Positions 52,449-64,000 of a DNA stretch of 64,000 bases are shown piece by piece. Source of the stretch: Octopus vulgaris (lineage: Eukaryota); assembly GCA_951406725.2 (NCBI GenBank), contig OX597834.1:37510001-37574000 (forward strand), given 5' to 3'. The notes under the pieces are model-generated. The model saw only the letters and a program-made list of their open reading frames with translations, searched no databases and had not been told where the DNA came from. Both the position numbers and the translations under genes were made by a program. The first letter of the stretch is position 1, and every line of letters begins with the position of its first letter.

Positions 52449-52673
52449 GAGCTGGCAGAAACGTTAGCACACCAGGTGAAATGCTTAGCGGTATTTTGTC
52501 TGCCGTTACATTCTGAATTCAAATTCCGCCGAGGTCGACTTTGCCTTTCATTCTTTCGGGGTCGATAAATTAAGTACCAGTTACGCACTGGGGTCGATGT
52601 AACCGACTTAATCTGTTTGTCTGTCCTTGTTTGTCCCCTCTGTGTTTAGCCCCTTGTGGGTTGTAAAGAAATA
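52449..52673 (+). mobile_element. Young SINE family A copy
   Basis: gagctggcagaaacgttagcac...gccccttgtggg..gtaaagaaata. Confidence 0.88.
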
Positions 52674-52747
52674 GGTAAGGTGAACAGGTAAGGTGATTGC
52701 TGATATATTTAGGAATAGCACATGAAGGTATACAAGAAATCATTTAA

Positions 52748-53200
52748 CCCTTTCGTTACTCTATTTATTTTGAGATTTTCTGTGTTTCTTTCAATTAATT
52801 TGAAAATATAACAAAGAATTTAGTAAAATAACTTAGTATTCATTAAGCTAGTGTTAGGAACATAAATTGTGGCTAAGATTTGGTGGAAGATTTTAATTCA
52901 GAACTTATGAAAACAAGACATTTGTAATACAGAGCCATAGCTGGTTTCAGCCGGGTTTGTATCAAAAGGATTAAGAATTGTTTCTCTATTATATATTGTT
53001 TAACCCTTTTGTTACCATATTTCTGTTGAGATGCTCTGTGTTTCTTTCAATTAATTTTAAATATAACAAAGAATTTACTAAAATAACTTAGTTATCATTA
53101 AGCTAGTGTTAAGAACATAAATTGTGACTAAGGTTTGGTGAAAAACAAGACATTTGTACTACAGAACCAGAGGCAGTTTCAGCTGGGTTGGTTAATAAGG
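52748..53200. mobile_element. Two tandem piggyBac-type MITEs (52748-52970 and 53004-53200), same family as 17156
   Basis: Each starts TTAA-CCCTTT.GTTAC, ends at TTAA, and is the reverse complement of 17156-17376. Confidence 0.85.
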
Positions 53201-53336
53201 TTAACCCTCGGGATTAATAAGGTTAACCCTCAGATTTACCTTAAACAAAAGGGGAGATAAACAGCTGCTAAACAAAAAAAAACAAAAAAAACAAAATAAA
53301 ACTACAATTTTACCCTAATAAATTGCAAATTTGAAA

Positions 53337-53436
<100 letters not shown>

Positions 53437-53623
53437 AGAAAATAATAAACAAACCAATAAAGGAAAACAGTAGAGAATAAAACAAAAAAGAAAGAAAAAT
53501 ATGTTACAATGAAAAGAATACGGAACTAGTATAGAAATGTCTTTTATATATATTCATAGTTTCTATGTGGTGTTATATAATGAGAAATATCTATGATATA
53601 GAAATAGAGATGTAAGTATGTAT

Positions 53624-53674
<51 letters not shown>

Positions 53675-54584
53675 TATATACAGCATATATATTTATACAT
53701 ATATACATACACATATATATAGACATATATATATATACATACATACATACACATATATATAGACATATATATATACATACATACATACACATATATATAT
53801 AGACATATATATATACATACATATATATACATATATATATGTGTGTGTGTATAAACACAAGAGGAAATTATAGTATCACATTAGCCATATCTCATTACAT
53901 ATTAGTGCAGAACATGAAACTTGAGTATGTGTGTGTGCATGTGTGTATGTATAAGTATATGTGTATTTGTATATATGTATTTATAAGTATATATATGTTT
54001 ATATATATGTATATATATATATATGTTTATATATATATATGTGCCTATATAAATATATATATATTTATATATATATGTATATATGTGTATGTATATATGT
54101 ATATACGTGTATGTATATATGTATACATATATATATATACACATATGTACTACATATACATGTATATGTATGTTTATGTCTATATATATATGTGTGTGTG
54201 TGTATGTGTATATCTATATAACATATACATATGTCTATGCTTATACATATACACACACACATATATGTATATATATATATATATAGACGTTATAAGAAAT
54301 ATAGTCGAGCATTAGCTCCGTAATACTGGTTCGTACTCTATTATACAAGAAAAAGATTTCATAAGAGATAAAACGAAATGCTAAACGAATTTATTGACAA
54401 CATTGCGTTACTCAAAGAAGTATGTTGTTGAGAGCAATGTAATTTTAGCATTTATTTGGTTATTGTGTGTGCCATTAGCAAGTGTTGGTTAGTTAGGTGT
54501 GATCTAACAGAGTTAGAGAAGGGGAACGACTGCGGAACAATATGCACGGGGAGAGGAGAGAGAGGCAGGAGAGCCGGCATGGAT

Positions 54585-54880
54585 GACTCTCTGTCTGTCT
54601 CTCTCTGCCTCTGTCTGTCTGTCTCTCTCTCTCAGTTTCTCTCTCTCTCTCTCTCTCAGTGTCTCTCTCTCTTTCTCTCAGTTCTCTCTCTCTCTCTCAG
54701 TTTCTCCCTCTCTCTCTCTCTCTCAGTTTCTCCCTCTCTCTCTCTGTTTCTCCCTCTCTCTCTCAGTCTGTCTCTCTCTCAGTTTCTCCCTCTCTCTCTC
54801 TCTCAGTCTCTCTCTCAGTCTCTCTCTCTCTCTCTCTCTCAGTCTCTCTCTCTCTCTCTCAGTCTCTCTCTCTCTCTTTC
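54585..54880. repeat. (CT)n tract with periodic CAGT interruptions
   Basis: Direct inspection. Confidence 0.92.
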
Positions 54881-55244
54881 GACAGATGATATCTAACTAG
54901 TGAAGTTAACTAATTTCAATCAGTTACATGATGATTATTGCAGAAAAGAACCGAGCAACGGCAACAACAACAATAACAACAACAACAACAACAACAACAA
55001 CAATAGCAGCAGCAGCAACAAGAAGAACCATGCCAGTAGCAGCAGCATCACAAGACTCAAAGCATTCAGGATATGTTGTTGTTGTTCTTATTCTTCTCCT
55101 TGATTTCTGTCTTGTAAATCCACGCTTTATCAAGATAAAATAGTCAAAAGCTACTTCCACATTTGTCTGTTTTCTATTAGAAATCTCCACATTTTTCTTT
55201 CACCACACACTTCGGTATTGGTATTGTTGTACCAAAACTACCGC

Positions 55245-55920
55245 TACCACTGCCACTACCACCACCACCACCATCGTCACCGTTTCTATACATCAGCACA
55301 ACCGCCACCATCACCAGCCCCACAGCCACCATCACGACCACTACCATGATTCCACCACTATCACCACCACCACTATCGACACTACAACCATCAGCACTAC
55401 AACCACCACCACCACCACCACCAATGCAACCATCAACACAACAATTATCATTGTTACCATCACCAACACAATGACAATCATCACCACCACCACCACCATC
55501 ACAACCACTACCATTATTACCATCACCATAACAACCACCATCACCAACACTACACCATCACCAATACTAAACACTATCACCACCACCACCATTACAACCA
55601 CTACCATTATTACCATTACCATCACCATCACAACCACCACCACCAATACTAAACACCATCGCCACCACCATCATTACAAACTCCACCACTAGCACCACTA
55701 CAAGTACCAACACCACTACCACCACAAGACACCTCAGCCGCTGCCACTACCACCAACACTGCCACCACGAATACCACCACCACCACCACCTGGAATACCA
55801 CCACTACTAATGCCACCACCAACATCCCCACTCCCCAAGAATTCCGTGGCCACCACCACCACCATCACCAATTCCAACACCATTGCTGCCACCACCACCA
55901 CAACCACCACCACCACCCGC
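55245..55920. repeat. (ACC)n degenerate tract
   Basis: Direct inspection. Confidence 0.9.
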
Positions 55921-56559
55921 AAATGCAACCATATCCACCATTATGCGTAAACTTATTATATATTGGTGAAACAAACCCAATTCTTTCCTTTCCAGAATAC
56001 AGAGATACAATGGACAAAGTGGAGAGAGAGAGAGAGAGAGAGAGATTTGAGGTGAGAGATATATATATGGGGGGAGGCGGGGCGGGGGTGATGGTCTGGT
56101 GTGGTGTTTGCGGTGCTTAGTGAAGCGTGGTTAATTTCATGGTTCAAGTCCTGTTTACAGCAGAGCAACTCGACTGCGTATTTGACCATAAATAAAGACT
56201 TAACATGTAAACCTAAACAAACGATTTGTTCACTGGTTCACTGTTCTTTTGGGGGGGAGGGGGAGAAGAGAGGAACGCAGACGGAAAACACTTACACACA
56301 CACACACACACACTCATGCACACGCATGTATATACACACATGCATATGTAGTGAAGCTGCATTTATATATGTGTGTGTGTGTGTAATATATATGTGGGTT
56401 TGTGTATGTAATATATGTGTGTGCATGTATATATATATATATATATATATGTGTGTATACACACATGCATTGCCATGAACACAATGTGCATTGTCATACA
56501 GTTCACGTTATGAGATATGTGTGTGTGTGTATGTAGGCATATATATATATGTGTGTGTG

Positions 56560-56606
<47 letters not shown>

Positions 56607-56846
56607 ATATATTTATATATATATGTATATATACACATACACAAACAGACATACTACATATATGTATATTTAGACATACACAGATTTGCACTCATACCAT
56701 CATTACTACATAATATATACACACATATATATATATATATATACACATATATATATATACACACATATATATATACACATATACATATATATACACATAT
56801 AAATGTATACATACATATATGCATATATATATATACATATATACAT

Positions 56847-56895
<49 letters not shown>

Positions 56896-57496
56896 CACAT
56901 ACTTACATGCATATATATGCACATATCTATATTCATTCACCAACAGATATGACAGCAATGGTGACATGATGTAGAATTTATGAAACATAAAACTGTATCG
57001 TCTTTATTTACCGAGACTAAAGTATTTATGTACTTCATGGCTTCTTTTAAATTGAGTTATGTCACAGCAATACACAAAGGAATTTATACAAAATATCCTT
57101 TATTCACCTGAACTAAACTATTTATTTACTTTTCACTATGACAAAAATACACGTATATATTCATATACACACACACATATATATATGTGCACATAAGCAA
57201 GAGTAAAAAATAAGAATGGAGAATTTTACATCCTCAAAAGCTTGTTCAATATAGTATTGTATACAATGCATTCACTTTAAATCTCCATCCGACACAGGTT
57301 TCTGCTGCATAGACATCCTGAGATGTGGCATCTAGTTGCACCCTGATGGTTCAGTTGCATTATAAGTTTGTCCAGGTTATACATATCCATGAAGCATTTT
57401 TCAAGGTGTTACCATGGTGGACTTTTGAAGTGAATCTGGATTATACTAAAGCACATGTAAGGTACCTACCCAAACTGAAAGCCCCTATTCTTTTAC

Positions 57497-57544
<48 letters not shown>

Positions 57545-57701
57545 GTACTGACCACTAAAAGCGGACAGTCTATATGCTAGATATAGACGTCAAAATCGCT
57601 ATTTTCCGCGAAGAATGTGTTCACAAGAAAAACTCAGCAAAAAAACCAAAGTGTAAAAATAAGCAAGACAAATGAAAATATATGAAATAAAAAACGATTG
57701 C

Positions 57702-57776
57702 CTATGTACTAATTAGTTTCACTTGTTAATATTTACGTATATGGATACGTAAACATCTGCAAGATCATCAGCATAG
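57702..57776 (-). ncRNA. Type I hammerhead motif with a fully palindromic stem III (family H3)
   Basis: Minus strand reads ctatg-CTGATGA-tCTTG...CAAGt-GAAA-CTAATTA-GTA-catag. The host element (about 57541-57860) is bounded by (TA)n. Confidence 0.8.
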
Positions 57777-58060
57777 TCTGTCGTTTATAAAATACAATTT
57801 CCAGAACTAGATACAGAATGCTCAACCGAAAATATCAATTTCTACCCTTATTTAATTTTATATATATATACATACATATATATATATATATAATTCAAAG
57901 ATAGTTAGAGGTTGTAAAACCAACCAACTAAGGGATAGTATCTATCCAATATACTGCTGGTAGAATACCTAATTAATACACAAGTGTCGGTTATTGCATG
58001 GCAATTATCCTACTGAGTATAATAATTAGGCGAAGGTAATAAGTGGTTATACCCTCAATT

Positions 58061-58303
58061 TATATGGCAAGAAGAAAATGGAGGGAATCCAGAGGTAGTA
58101 TTCATCAGCTGTTAGACATTATATTATGTCTATTTATTTGTGTAAAGTACCAGTAATTTCTAGAATAGAGAAAGAGGAAAATTACTAATACTTTACACAT
58201 GTATTTATATATTATCTGAACTGTTTAAGATAAATAATTAGACATAATATAATGTCTAACATCTGATAAATATTACCTCTGAATTCCGTCCATTTCCTTC
58301 TTG

Positions 58304-58310
<7 letters not shown>
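58061..58310. repeat. Fold-back inverted repeat abutting (TA)n
   Basis: tatatggcaagaagaaaatgga...gttagacattatattatgtcta versus tagacataatataatgtctaac...tccatttccttcttgtcatata. A nested pair tgtgtaaagta/tactttacaca lies inside. Confidence 0.85.
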
Positions 58311-58345
<35 letters not shown>

Positions 58346-59366
58346 ATGCCATTTGGTCGGGACATCTGCATATTCCTGTACTCCAAAATTTTATTCTCCG
58401 TCAGAATAATTTCTAACAGGGAATCTATTACATGTTTATCCAACACATACAATTTTGTAATTCCACTTAGCAAACGAAACATGTGTAATGGTGAATAAAT
58501 AATATCAACATAATTTGCTTTCCAACCAAATGGTTCCAGGTTCAGTCACACTGCATGGCACCTTGGGAAAGTGTTTTCTACTTTAGTTTCAGGCCAACAA
58601 AAGTTTTTATGGCTAGATGCCCTTCCCAGCACCAACCACTTTACTGAGTGTACTGGGTGCTTCTTACAAGGCACCAGCACAGGGCTTTGTATGTGGCACT
58701 AGTATAAGCATGATAGGCTTCTTTCAGTTTCTGTTTACCAAATCCAATCACAAAGTTTAGGTTGGCCCAGGACTATAGTAGATGAAGCTTGCCTAGTGGG
58801 ACTGAACCTGAGATGACATAGTTGTGACACAAACTTCTTAACCGAACAGTCACACTTACATCTGCAATTCCCACATGCATTACAAGCTAACAATAAAGTA
58901 AAAGCACTACATTTTATAAATTTGCAACTCCCCTAATCCCAGAAAATGTCCTAATGGGGTCTACACATTAAGGGCCACCTAATTGGGGCTCCACTGAACC
59001 CCTATTTTTACTGCATTTTAAACTAAATACATGGCATTGGTGACCAAATCGGGGCAATGACAATGAATTTCATACCATAGACTCCCAGGGATTATTGTAA
59101 GGAAGTTCAACTTCTGAAGGTTACTCAAATGGTGCCCTACTGACCTCCCCTTTTTTTTTGCATTTACCTTGTTCCTACACTTATTGATTAAACTATGGTC
59201 AGCATCAGTGTTTAGCACATTTGAAGAAGTAAGTTCAGGCATTCTAAATACCTTCGTGTACATTCAAATCATGATAAAGAATTATAAGAGGTACCTTTCA
59301 AGTGTGGCAGCATGGATATCTATATTTTGTAGTTTATGAAAATTATGTCTAGTATATATATATATA

Positions 59367-59719
<353 letters not shown>

Positions 59720-59723
<4 letters not shown>

Positions 59724-59936
59724 GGGATGTTGGAAAGTTCCTGGCTTTCGGTAACAGAAAATACAGGAGGATCAGTTTATTATGATTTTATTCAACATAT
59801 TCCCCTCTCAGATTCTCACACTTATTGCAGTACTCCTTCAGATTTTCTAAGCCCTGTAAAAGAACTCGGAAGTTTGGGCCACCAGCCAGGCCTTTCCCGA
59901 TACCATTAAAGCCAGGAACTTTTCACCAGCCCCTTG
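59720..59936 (-). mobile_element. Mariner-derived MITE, second copy
   Basis: TA-flanked TIRs tgaggggatgttggaaagttcctggctt and aagccaggaacttttcaccagccccttg; reverse complement of 38329-38544. Confidence 0.88.
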
Positions 59937-60522
59937 TAACAGTGAATGCGCATATTTAATGGCACAATGACTCTACCATGATATAGTTGCATCTATTAAC
60001 TATTACAGGTTATTCACCCAACCATCAAGAATTCTAATTATATTCTTAACATATTTTAATAATATTTGCAGATGAATTATTCTCATAGATATGAAAATCT
60101 ATATTGAATTTCCACCTGATTTTACTTTTGTCTTTGAACTCTCTCACTCGATCAAAGCAGAGAAAATGTTGAAAGTTATACCTAAAATAATACATGTTAT
60201 GACTTAATTAATTAATTAATTTGATTTGTTTTTTCATTTATACTATTTTGTTTAATATTTAAGCAAACAATGTAAAAAGCTTATGTTAACGGGGGTGAAA
60301 AAAATCTAGTTTATCTTTAAAAATTGAAAAGTGAAAACATTTCAAATTTTTCTATTAAAAATCATGTAGGAATTATTTCTCCCTTAGGCTTGTTCTGTGT
60401 TTTAGACAAAGAGAAACTAAGAACATGCCAAGTATATTTTGTATCAGGAAAATGTCAAACTTTAATGTATATATGCGTGAGCGTGTATATGTATATACAT
60501 AAAAATTCATATCTATCCTTCA

Positions 60523-60555
<33 letters not shown>

Positions 60556-60722
60556 TATATAAACCTCTTTCACTGTCTCTCAGTCACTCACTCTCACTCT
60601 CTCTCCCTCTATATATATATATATACATCTATAAATTAACAGAATGAGATATATATATTGTTCCACACAAACACAGATATACATATATACTTCTATCTAT
60701 CTATCTATCTATCTATCTCTCG

Positions 60723-60760
<38 letters not shown>

Positions 60761-60889
60761 CCCCCCACACACACACATAATGGATATATATATGTGTGTG
60801 TGTATAAATAAATACATAATATATGATATTTATAAACACATGTCATGTAGATATTCATATATCATAAACATATGTACAGAGACACATGC

Positions 60890-60937
<48 letters not shown>

Positions 60938-61292
60938 TGCTGAGTGACAGATACCCAAGATACACACATAAATATGATGCAACAGACTAATTTTCATTTC
61001 ATTTCATTTTAATACTTTTTAATTAGTAAAAAATGAAATAGGATTTACTTTTAGTTATATTAAATTAAATGAAAGCAAAATATTTCATGTGTTAGAGATA
61101 AACACAAATATGTGCTGTTGTTTAACCCTAGGTCAACCATAACAAGGAAAGAATTTTGTATCGTATATAAAAGACTACACTGTTTAATGTATTTATTCTT
61201 TTTCATTTCTGTTAAGTGGGATTTGAGGGAAATTTAGTTGCTATTTCTAGCATTTCACATGACTCCAGAGGGCACTGTAAATCTGATACTTT

Positions 61293-61555
61293 GTGGAGGC
61301 ATGGGACTTAGTGGTTATGGTGTCAGCATCATGATCGTAAGATTGTGGTTTTGATTCCTGGACCGGGCGACGCGTTGTGTTCTTGAGCAAAACACTTCAT
61401 TTCATGTTGCTCCAGTCCACTCAGCTGGCAAAAATGAGTAACGCTGCAATGGACTGGCATCCTGTCCAGCTGGGGAACACAGACGCCATTGAAACCAGGA
61501 AACTGGGCCCATGAGCCTGGGTAGGCTTTAAAAGGGCATATTTATTATTTTTTTA
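61293..61555 (+). mobile_element. tRNA-headed SINE flanked by a direct repeat of about 120 bp
   Basis: Head gtggaggcatgggacttagtggt...gattcctggaccggg. The flanks at 61173-61292 and 61568-61698 are homologous. Confidence 0.8.
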
Positions 61556-62154
61556 TTTTATATAAATGACTACACTGCTTAATGTATCTATTTTTTTTTC
61601 ATTTCTGTTAAGTGGGATTTGAGGGAAATTTAGTTGCCATTTGTAGCATTTTACATGACTCTAGAGGATACAACATTATACTGTAAATCTAATACTTTAG
61701 GATATTGGAGATCTATATCAGTAGAGAACCAGGATTAATGGGTTGCGGTATTTAGTTAATCTCTCTAGGTTCTAAGTTCAATTTCTACAGGGGTCACTGT
61801 TACCATTCATTCATAACAATGTTGATCAAATAAAAATACCATTTGTCATGTATTTGACTAAATCAGTTCACCAGAATTGTAACCATATACTTCTGATAAA
61901 CAAATACAATATGAAGCATATACAAAAGGTTGTTGTCTCTCATTTGTAATGTCTTCTTCATATATTGTATAGAATAACAAATGGCAGGGACATGGCTGTA
62001 ATCCCTAACATCATAAATTTGATAAATCAGAGCTAAACAAAAAATGCCGACATTATAGTTATCACAAATCGTCATTATTTTAATGTCTACTTTATTGATA
62101 GCATAGGTCAGATGGAATTTTTGGGGGTAGATATTTTCCAACATATATGTAAAT

Positions 62155-62690
62155 GACAAGCTTCTCTCAGTTTCTGTCTACCAAATCCACTCACAAGGCA
62201 TTGCTTGGCCCAAGGCTATACTTGAAGATACTTGCCCAGTGTGGTACACAGTTACACAATGGTACTGAACCTGGGACCCTGCATTTGAGAAGCAGACTTC
62301 TTACCACACAGCCATACCTGCACCTAATGCTAATAGTCATAGCCAATTCATTTATTCTTTTATTTGTTTCAGTCATTTGACTTTGGCCATGCTAGAGCAC
62401 CACCTTTAGTTGAACAAATCGACCTCAAGACTTATTCTTTGTAAGCCTAGTACTTACTCCATCAGTCTCTTTTGCTGAACCACTAAGTTATGGGGATATA
62501 AACATGCCAACATCAGGTGTCAAGGGATAGTGGAGGACAAACACAGACACAAACACACACACACACACACACACATATATGATAGGCTTCTTTTAGTTTC
62601 CATCTACCAAATCCACCCACATGGCAAGATGCCATGCAGAGGGACTGAACCTGGAACAATGTGGTTGGTAAGCAAACTACTTACCACATG
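62155..62690 (-). mobile_element. Two SINE family B copies
   Basis: Reverse complements of the family B head and body at 62155-62322 and 62350-62690. Confidence 0.8.
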
Positions 62691-63089
62691 CGTATTATAC
62701 ATATCTTATAGATATTAGACATATGCTCTTGGGCAGAAACACAGTAACTCATTTCAAAAGCAATTTTTCCAGTAATTACTTCATCAAATATTACAAGTAC
62801 AAGAATATGCAAATGAATACAAACGAGCAAGTGCCTTCAGCTTCTTTGAGTCTCCCTGTGTTTTGGGCAAACTATGAGCTAGTTCTTCCTTTTTGTTATA
62901 TTTTTTAATTTTTGCACCAAGAAATGTCTATATTGATTCAATTATGCTTCACAGCCTCCCCAATTTGGCAATGTTCCTCCTCACAAGTTCAAACCCAGTA
63001 CAAACCAAACATTCGCTCTGGAACTCAAATATGAACTCAAGGTTGGAATCTAGGGGCAAAACCAACGTATTGTAACCTTATAATTGTCC

Positions 63090-63805
63090 TTCTGGAAACA
63101 GTCTTGTTTTCAGCAGTACTTACTGTACTTCTAGAACTGCCAAATCCTTTAATTCTTGCAGTTGAACCAATTTTCTGAAGGTGTAGGCACATTCTCTCTA
63201 TTGTAGTCAGAGAAATAAAAATATTTTCTTCTCCAGTATTTTCCGAATTTCCGAATATTTTGTGTCCTTCACAAAGAATCAATTTTAAATTTATTAACTA
63301 CACCAGCGTGAAGTTTCTTTTGCTTTGAAGGTATATCTAACATAAAAGAAACATGACTTAATCCAGCTATTCAAGTTATAATTAGAGATATTTACGCACA
63401 AAGTTTGATTTAAACACTTCCATTTACGAGAAACCTAAAAATACACTTCTTGACATTTTAAAGACTGTTTTTTAGAACATTATATTATCAAGACCAATTC
63501 AATACAACTCTGTCATCCAAACTCTTTTACATATAATTTTAATCTCTTTTATCATACCTGAGGTATTGTTCCTTGACAATAAAAGATTAAAAACTGGAAA
63601 TTTTCAGTTTCATTTCTCTTCATAAAAGTTTATATGCAACTTTGTAAAACATGTTTTTCTCGTAAAAATCCTATAAAAATCACATGAAGGAAATATTGTA
63701 GCGTTTGACGAAAAATATCCTATTCAAATTGAAAGATATATACGACACTAAAATGTATCATATTTGCATTGGACATGTTGGGCTCAATTTTTGACCAGGA
63801 CTGTG
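63090..63805 (-). mobile_element. Probable Tc1/Tc3-like element 5' end
   Basis: Minus strand begins cagtcctggtcaaaaattg (TIR-like). Translation SLTTIERMCLHLQKIGSTARIKGFGSSRSTVSTAENK resembles an HTH plus GRPR linker. Confidence 0.4.
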
Positions 63806-64000
63806 TTGCACATGCATGCGAATGCTTGTCTTAGTGATTAGAGTGTTTGGCTAATGATCATAAGATTGTGAGTTCAATTCATGGCAATGCATTGTGTCCT
63901 TAAGCAAGATACTTTATTTCATGTTATTCAGCTCCACTCAGCTGGCAAAAATGAGTAGTACCTATTTCTTTATTACCCACAAGGGGCTAAACACAGAGAG

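Noticed and set aside
57283-57310. Minus-strand GAAACCTGTGTC half-motif
   Set aside because: No matching CTGANGA or stem I partner found nearby.
59018-59263. 81-aa non-repetitive ORF (also 61863-62159)
   Set aside because: No recognisable domain and no convincing splice signals; length is compatible with chance.

Overview
AT-rich, repeat-saturated animal intronic or intergenic DNA, not prokaryotic. The tRNA-headed SINE families, (TA)n/(CA)n/(CAT)n microsatellites and mix of LINE and DNA-transposon relics look like an Octopus (cephalopod) genome; this is an inference from recognising the repeats, not a database result. Almost all ORFs in the supplied track are microsatellite translations. Protein-coding signal comes from dead transposons: a full-length degenerate mariner (32165-33442), other Tc1/mariner relics and MITEs, three RTE LINE 3' ends, a Dong/R4-like LINE end, a Helitron helicase fragment and piggyBac-type MITEs. 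There is also one candidate host exon (37432-37544). The most interesting signal is about a dozen type I hammerhead-ribozyme motifs (stem I-CTGANGA-stem II-GAAA-short, often palindromic stem III-NTH-stem I'). They fall into several sequence families. Most sit in short non-coding elements in or next to (TA)n tracts, and several are arranged as 150-400 bp fold-back inverted repeats. This matches truncated Penelope-like element pseudo-LTRs or retrozyme-like elements. Two motifs (49047-49132 and 43854-43891) look catalytically intact, and one family has a recurrent variant core with stem I covariation. All coordinates were read by eye, so boundaries are approximate.
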